From the NCBI GenBank assembly GCA_965601925.1, contig OZ271854.1, positions 288,001 to 352,000 of the forward strand: a stretch of DNA of 64,000 nucleotides, written 5' to 3'. Below are positions 63,742-64,000 of the stretch, in pieces. Each line of letters starts with the position of its first letter. Within the stretch, counting starts at the first letter, position 1. The position numbers and the translations under genes were made by a program. Source of the stretch: Alkalispirochaeta sp. Lineage in GTDB: Bacteria > Spirochaetota > Spirochaetia > DSM-27196 > Alkalispirochaetaceae. A model generated the notes under the pieces. It saw only the letters and a list, made by a program, of their open reading frames with translations, did no database searches and was not told the origin of the DNA.

Positions 63742-64000
63742 CGGGCACGGCTCCCTCAGTGCGTCGCCAAGTCGATCCGTCGTCGCTCGGCAAGGCGATA
63801 TGTCGTGAACACCTCGGCAAAGTGTCGCCGCAGAAGACCGTCCATCGTTCCGTCTGCGGTGCGGTGGCTCCTTGAGGTGGCGGTACATGTATCGCGTCAC
63901 CTATGTTTGCCTCGAAGAGGCGCACAATATCGTCACTGATATCGTTCGTGATTTGATGGTCGATGCCGGTAAATCCAATTCATCGTACATCTCTTGCGGG

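Noticed and set aside
63901..64000. Possible 3' end of a minus-strand gene (…PQEMYDELDLPASTIKSR…), faintly like a sigma region-4 HTH
   Set aside because: Only ~32 codons are visible; insufficient evidence.

Overview
GC-rich bacterial chromosomal DNA, most likely from a free-living spirochaete (inferred from the style of the MCP, the 'A-x-G-Q-G-E' sugar-binding-protein signal peptides, LeuS and several hypothetical proteins). The left 7.3 kb is one minus-strand reading frame that the ORF track missed because it runs off the window edge. It encodes a >2,400-aa secreted, repetitive, adhesin-like surface protein. Upstream of it lie a possible degenerate GIY-YIG-like protein, an AEC transporter and a secreted transglutaminase-like Cys protease. 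Housekeeping and metabolic genes follow (aroA with a probable ATT start, HAD, AKR, MCP, GT2/FkbM, IMPase), then an AraC-controlled alpha/beta-galactoside ABC locus (GH36 + GH2), htpG, argA, trxA and a CNNM/CBS protein. A candidate small RNA at ~36.99-37.10 kb carries an anti-Shine-Dalgarno sequence in its terminator loop. A ~17.5-kb uronic-acid polysaccharide utilisation locus follows (two heparinase II/III-type lyases, GH2, ABC transporter, twin divergent GntR/LacI-type regulators with a shared inverted-repeat motif, DEH-reductase-like SDR, 2-hydroxyacid dehydrogenase, PMI-like cupin, TIM-barrel isomerase). The window ends with an AmmeMemoRadiSam operon, leuS and two hypothetical genes. No CRISPR array, tRNA, rRNA or IS element was recognised. 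All family assignments come from motif recognition by eye; no database searches were run.
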